Shown piece by piece: positions 28,505 to 32,000 of a DNA stretch of 32,000 nt (position 1 is its first letter; every line of letters begins with the position of its first letter). The stretch is taken from the NCBI GenBank assembly GCA_026387835.1, contig JAPLKZ010000010.1, positions 326,379 through 358,378 on the forward strand, in the 5' to 3' direction. The stretch is from Candidatus Saganbacteria bacterium. Its GTDB lineage: Bacteria > Margulisbacteria > WOR-1 > JAKLHX01. The notes under the pieces were generated by a model, which saw only the letters and a program-made list of their open reading frames with translations, was not told the DNA's origin and made no database searches. The position numbers and the translations under genes were made by a program.

Positions 28505-28971
28505 TCAGGGGCTTACGTCTTTTCTGGTTAGCGGCTTGTCGATTATCAGGCCCTCACTGCCAAGCGATATCTCACGTTTTCCGTTTATAATTATCTGGAC
28601 CTGCTTTATCCCCTGCAGCGCTGTCAGCGTGTAAACTATCTGGGCGAGGCTTCCATACACTTTTGAAGTCCCTCCTCCGTACATTTCCAGCTCTTTTGTA
28701 AAATCGACGTTGACTATATTGCCCTTTTTATATGCCACCCTGACCTTCGTCCCTTCCGGTATTTGAGAATACAGCCCTTTTGCTTTTTCTTCCGAAGTCG
28801 GGCCCTGGAGCAGCTGCTCGATCGCAAAATAATAAAGGTCGGCTTTTTGGGCCGGGGTCCTTTTTTCGTAACCTTAACTTGCTTTCCCTGCTGCCCGATG
28901 TTCTGCGTAAAGACTATGGCCGCTACCGCGACTACCGCGAGTATTAAAACCGCCCATAACAGCTTTCTCAT
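28505..28971 (-). pseudogene. GerMN-domain (Sporulation/spore germination type) secreted or membrane-anchored protein split by a -1 frameshift at an A5 run
   Basis: Frame 1 MRKLLWAVLILAVVAVAAIVFTQNIGQQGKQVKVTKKG. After CCC AAA AAG the -1 frame reads ADLYYFAIEQLLQGPTSEEKAKGLYSQIPEGTKVRVAYKKGNIVNVDFTKELEMYGGGTSKVYGSLAQIVYTLTALQGIKQVQIIINGK. Confidence 0.75.
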
Positions 28972-29001
28972 CGAAACCGCCTCCTTTTTGTCATAAATGG
29001 C

Positions 29002-31785
29002 TTAATTCTTCTTGTTTTTCCCTTTTTTTTCTTTCTTGGGGGGTTCGCTTTCCTCTGCTTTTTGTTCTTCTTTGGCCGGGGATTCATTTTCTTCCCTTGG
29101 AACTATTACGATATCAACAACCTTGTCTCCTTCGTCCATCCTCTGGACCCGTACTCCGCTTGCCGCCCTGCCCTGAGAAGATATCGCGTCCGTTTTCTGC
29201 CTGCTCATGGTGCCGTTCTTTGTCGTTATGAGTATCTCGTCACCGGGAAGCACTATAAGAAGCTTTGAAACTTTGTCGCCTTTCCTGAGCTTCATGAGCC
29301 GTATGCCCTTACCGCCGCGGTGCTGTACTCTGAAATGTTTTTCGAGCGTTCTTTTCCCGTATCCGCTTTCTGTTATTCCGAGAAGGCTTGAGCCTTCTTC
29401 AATCACTCCCATCGAGATCACCTTGTCTCCTTTGCTTAAGTTTATCCCCCTTACGCCGCCGGCTGCCCGGCCCATGTCCCTCACGTCCTTTTCTTTGAAC
29501 CTTATGGCTTTGCCTTCTACCGTGACGAGCATTATTTCTCTTGATCCGTCCGTCTCTCTTACCCAGTTGAGTTCGTCTCCGTCTTTAATGCCTATCGCTA
29601 TTATCCCGCTCCTTCTGATGTTCGCAAAATCTTCGAGTGGTGTTTTCTTGATGACCCCGTTCTTGGTTGCCATCATCAGGAATGATTTTTGCTCGAAATC
29701 CTTTACGGGAAGTGCCGATGTGACCACTTCTTTCTCCGCGAGCTGAAGAAAATTGGCGATAGACTGGCCCTTTCCGACCCTGCTTGTTTCCGGTATTTCG
29801 TAAGCTTTGATCTTATAGACCTTCCCTAAATTTGTGAAGAACAGTATAAAGCTTTTTGAGGAGGCTATGATCAGTTTTTCTATCTGGTCCTCCTCTCTCG
29901 TGTTCATCCCCGAGATCCCGCGCCCGCCCCTGTGCTGTGATTTAAAGGTCGTGACCGGCATCCTCTTTATGAACCCGTCCTTGGTGATCGGGATCACGAC
30001 ATCCGTATCCGCGATAAGGTCTTCGATGTCGATATCTTCCGCTCCGGCTCCGATATGCGTACGTCTGTCATCCCCGTATTTTTCGTTGATCTCCCCGAGT
30101 TCTTTTTTTATGATGTCCATTATTTTCTGTTTACTCGCCAATATCGCTTTGAGTTCGGCAATAAGTTTTAATACTGCCTTGTATTCTTCCTGGATCTTCG
30201 TCCTCTCCAGCTGGGTCAGTTTTTGCAGGCGCATGTCAAGGATGGCCTGGGCCTGTATCAGAGACAGACCAAAGCTTTTTATCAGCCCCTGCCTTGCCTC
30301 TTCAACGTTCTTTGAAGCTCTGATCAGCTTGATCGCCTTGTCCAGGTTGTCAAGGCAAATTATCAGACCTTCCAGTATGTGCGCTTCCGTTTCCGCCTTT
30401 TTCAGGTCGAATTTTGCCCTTCTGGTGACAACTTCGTCCCTGTGCTTTATATACTCGGAAAGCATGTCTTTTAATGTAAGAAGCCTCGGTTCTCCGTCCA
30501 CCAGTGCGACGGAGTTGATCCCGAAAGTTGTCTGCATGTTGGTATGCTTATACAGCTGGTTGAGAACGATTTCTTTGTTCGTGTCTCTCTTCAACTCTAT
30601 ATAGACCCTGGTACCGCTCCGGTCGGATTCGTCCCTTAGGTCCGATATTCCCTGCAATTTCTTTTCTTTTACAAGAAAAGCTATCTGCTCTACCAGGTTC
30701 GCTTTGTTGACCTGATAAGGAAGTTCGTTAATAATGATCGCCTCTTTCCCGCTCTTCAGCTCTTCAAAGATCACCTTCGCCCTTATAGTAAGGATCCCTC
30801 TTCCGGTCGTATAGCCGTCCTTTATCCCCTGTCTTCCGCAGATTATCGCGCCTGTCGGGAAGTCGGGGCCTTTGATGATCTTCATCAAGTCTTCGTTCGT
30901 GGCCTCCGGATTGTCGATCAGTTCTACCGCTCCGTTTATGACCTCGGTCAGGTTGTGAGGGGGTATGTTTGTGGCCATGCCGACTGCGATCCCTGAAGAT
31001 CCGTTCACCAAAAGGTTTGGAAATTTTGAAGGGAGGACTTTCGGCTCTTCCAGGGATTCATCAAAGTTGGGCATGAAGTCGACTGTTTCTTTTTCGAGGT
31101 CGGCCAGCATTTCTTCCGCCATCGCCGAAAGACGCGTTTCGGTATATCGCATCGCCGCTGCGCTGTCCCCGTCGACGGAACCGAAATTCCCCTGGCCGTC
31201 TACCAGCATGTACCTTAGAGAAAAGTCTTGCGCCATCCTGACCATCGCATCGTATACCGCCATGTCTCCGTGCGGGTGGTATTTACCAAGGACTTCTCCG
31301 ACAAGTCTGGCGGATTTTTTATGCGGCTTGTTGTGCGCAAGGCCCAGCCCGTCCATAGCGTACAGGATCCTGCGGTGGACCGGTTTTAAGCCGTCGCGGA
31401 CATCCGGCAGCGCGCGCCCCACAATAACGCTCATCGCGTAATCTATGTATGACGAGCGCATTTCGTCTTCTATATTTATTTTATCCGGTCTGGCTTTTGG
31501 CGGGCCGTCATCCCCTGCCGGCGGCAAAGGATCGTTCCCGTCGCTGCCGCCCCCTTCTGTTTTCGTTTTCTCCTGTTTTTTCTTTTTCTCGGGGTTTGTT
31601 TTTGCCGCGCTTTTGGAGGGGCCTTTTTTTGTTTCCTTTTTAAGTTGCTCTTCCTGTCTTTTGTCCGCGATCTTTTTATCTATCTCGCCATCAACTTTGG
31701 CCATGAGCTCTTTCGAAAATTTTTCCTCCGGCTTATCCGGGCCCTTTGTAAAATCTATTTCCTGTAAAAACTCCTCGTCTCCCAA
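29002..31785 (-). CDS. gyrA: DNA gyrase subunit A with long charged N-terminal extension (start likely TTG 31785; ORF open to ATG 31845)
   Basis: [83 protein letters not shown], GyrA-box-like QHRGGRG. aaagggg lies upstream of TTG 31785. Confidence 0.94.
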   Translation of the reverse strand: MGDEEFLQEIDFTKGPDKPEEKFSKELMAKVDGEIDKKIADKRQEEQLKKETKKGPSKSAAKTNPEKKKKQEKTKTEGGGSDGNDPLPPAGDDGPPKARPDKINIEDEMRSSYIDYAMSVIVGRALPDVRDGLKPVHRRILYAMDGLGLAHNKPHKKSARLVGEVLGKYHPHGDMAVYDAMVRMAQDFSLRYMLVDGQGNFGSVDGDSAAAMRYTETRLSAMAEEMLADLEKETVDFMPNFDESLEEPKVLPSKFPNLLVNGSSGIAVGMATNIPPHNLTEVINGAVELIDNPEATNEDLMKIIKGPDFPTGAIICGRQGIKDGYTTGRGILTIRAKVIFEELKSGKEAIIINELPYQVNKANLVEQIAFLVKEKKLQGISDLRDESDRSGTRVYIELKRDTNKEIVLNQLYKHTNMQTTFGINSVALVDGEPRLLTLKDMLSEYIKHRDEVVTRRAKFDLKKAETEAHILEGLIICLDNLDKAIKLIRASKNVEEARQGLIKSFGLSLIQAQAILDMRLQKLTQLERTKIQEEYKAVLKLIAELKAILASKQKIMDIIKKELGEINEKYGDDRRTHIGAGAEDIDIEDLIADTDVVIPITKDGFIKRMPVTTFKSQHRGGRGISGMNTREEDQIEKLIIASSKSFILFFTNLGKVYKIKAYEIPETSRVGKGQSIANFLQLAEKEVVTSALPVKDFEQKSFLMMATKNGVIKKTPLEDFANIRRSGIIAIGIKDGDELNWVRETDGSREIMLVTVEGKAIRFKEKDVRDMGRAAGGVRGINLSKGDKVISMGVIEEGSSLLGITESGYGKRTLEKHFRVQHRGGKGIRLMKLRKGDKVSKLLIVLPGDEILITTKNGTMSRQKTDAISSQGRAASGVRVQRMDEGDKVVDIVIVPREENESPAKEEQKAEESEPPKKEKKGKNKKN

Positions 31786-31816
31786 TGTCGTTCCCCTTTC
31801 TGTTTGACTGTCGTAC

Positions 31817-31839
31817 GGGCCCCGATCTGATCGGGGCCC
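31817..31839. repeat. Perfect inverted repeat between gyrB and gyrA
   Basis: GGGCCCCGATC-T-GATCGGGGCCC: 11-bp arms, 1-nt centre, no adjacent T tract. Confidence 0.85.
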
Positions 31840-31845
31840 CTCCAT

Positions 31846-32000
31846 TTATATGTCCAGCCAGCGCACCTTCTTGGCAAACTGCACAATAAAATCTTTTCTG
31901 GGCCCTACTTCGGATCCCATCAGCATCGTAAATATTTCGTCCGCCGTTTCTCCGTCCTCTATGTCCACCTTAAGCATCGTTCTTTTGTCGGGATTCATGG
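31846..32000 (-). CDS. gyrB: DNA gyrase subunit B, C-terminal fragment (continues beyond window)
   Basis: Hand translation MNPDKRTMLKVDIEDGETADEIFTMLMGSEVGPRKDFIVQFAKKVRWLDI*, the GyrB TOPRIM-end/C-terminal signature. Confidence 0.92.
   Translation of the reverse strand, partial: MNPDKRTMLKVDIEDGETADEIFTMLMGSEVGPRKDFIVQFAKKVRWLDI

Noticed and set aside
29834-30604. 256-aa plus-strand ORF opposite gyrA
   Set aside because: Low-complexity, Ser/Leu/Ile-rich antisense translation of a conserved gyrA region.

Overview
The window is a gene-dense bacterial chromosomal segment from an organism I cannot place. No rRNA, tRNA, CRISPR array or mobile element was recognised. From left to right it holds: (1) the 3' end of enolase and an H+-type membrane pyrophosphatase; (2) a group 3b [NiFe] hydrogenase (sulfhydrogenase) operon, with a HypA-like protein that lacks the zinc domain, subunits beta/gamma/delta/alpha and a maturation protease; (3) a ferredoxin; (4) two paralogous class II (B12-dependent) ribonucleotide reductases around nrdR, followed by a cob(I)alamin adenosyltransferase; (5) a minus-strand sulfur-assimilation operon, rrf2 > metY > cysK > metX > metW > thiS-like > thiF-like > membrane Fe-S protein, driven by a consensus sigma70-type promoter; (6) a PPC/DUF296 gene, nth, a hypothetical gene and gpmI; (7) an iscR-like regulator with a near-canonical type 1 IscR operator, then iscS, iscU, mnmA and nadA; (8) vanZ-like, GerMN-like, gyrA and gyrB genes. 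The most interesting item is the metY-cysK-metX-metW-thiS-thiF cluster, which has no thiamine genes and looks like a protein-thiocarboxylate route to homocysteine or cysteine. Other notable items are the 25-bp IscR-type operator on an apparently leaderless iscR transcript, tandem NrdR-box-like sites, a terminator directly abutting the Shine-Dalgarno of the first RNR, and two genes (PPC and GerMN) each split by a one-base frameshift. All calls come from reading motifs and proteins by eye. No database search was run.
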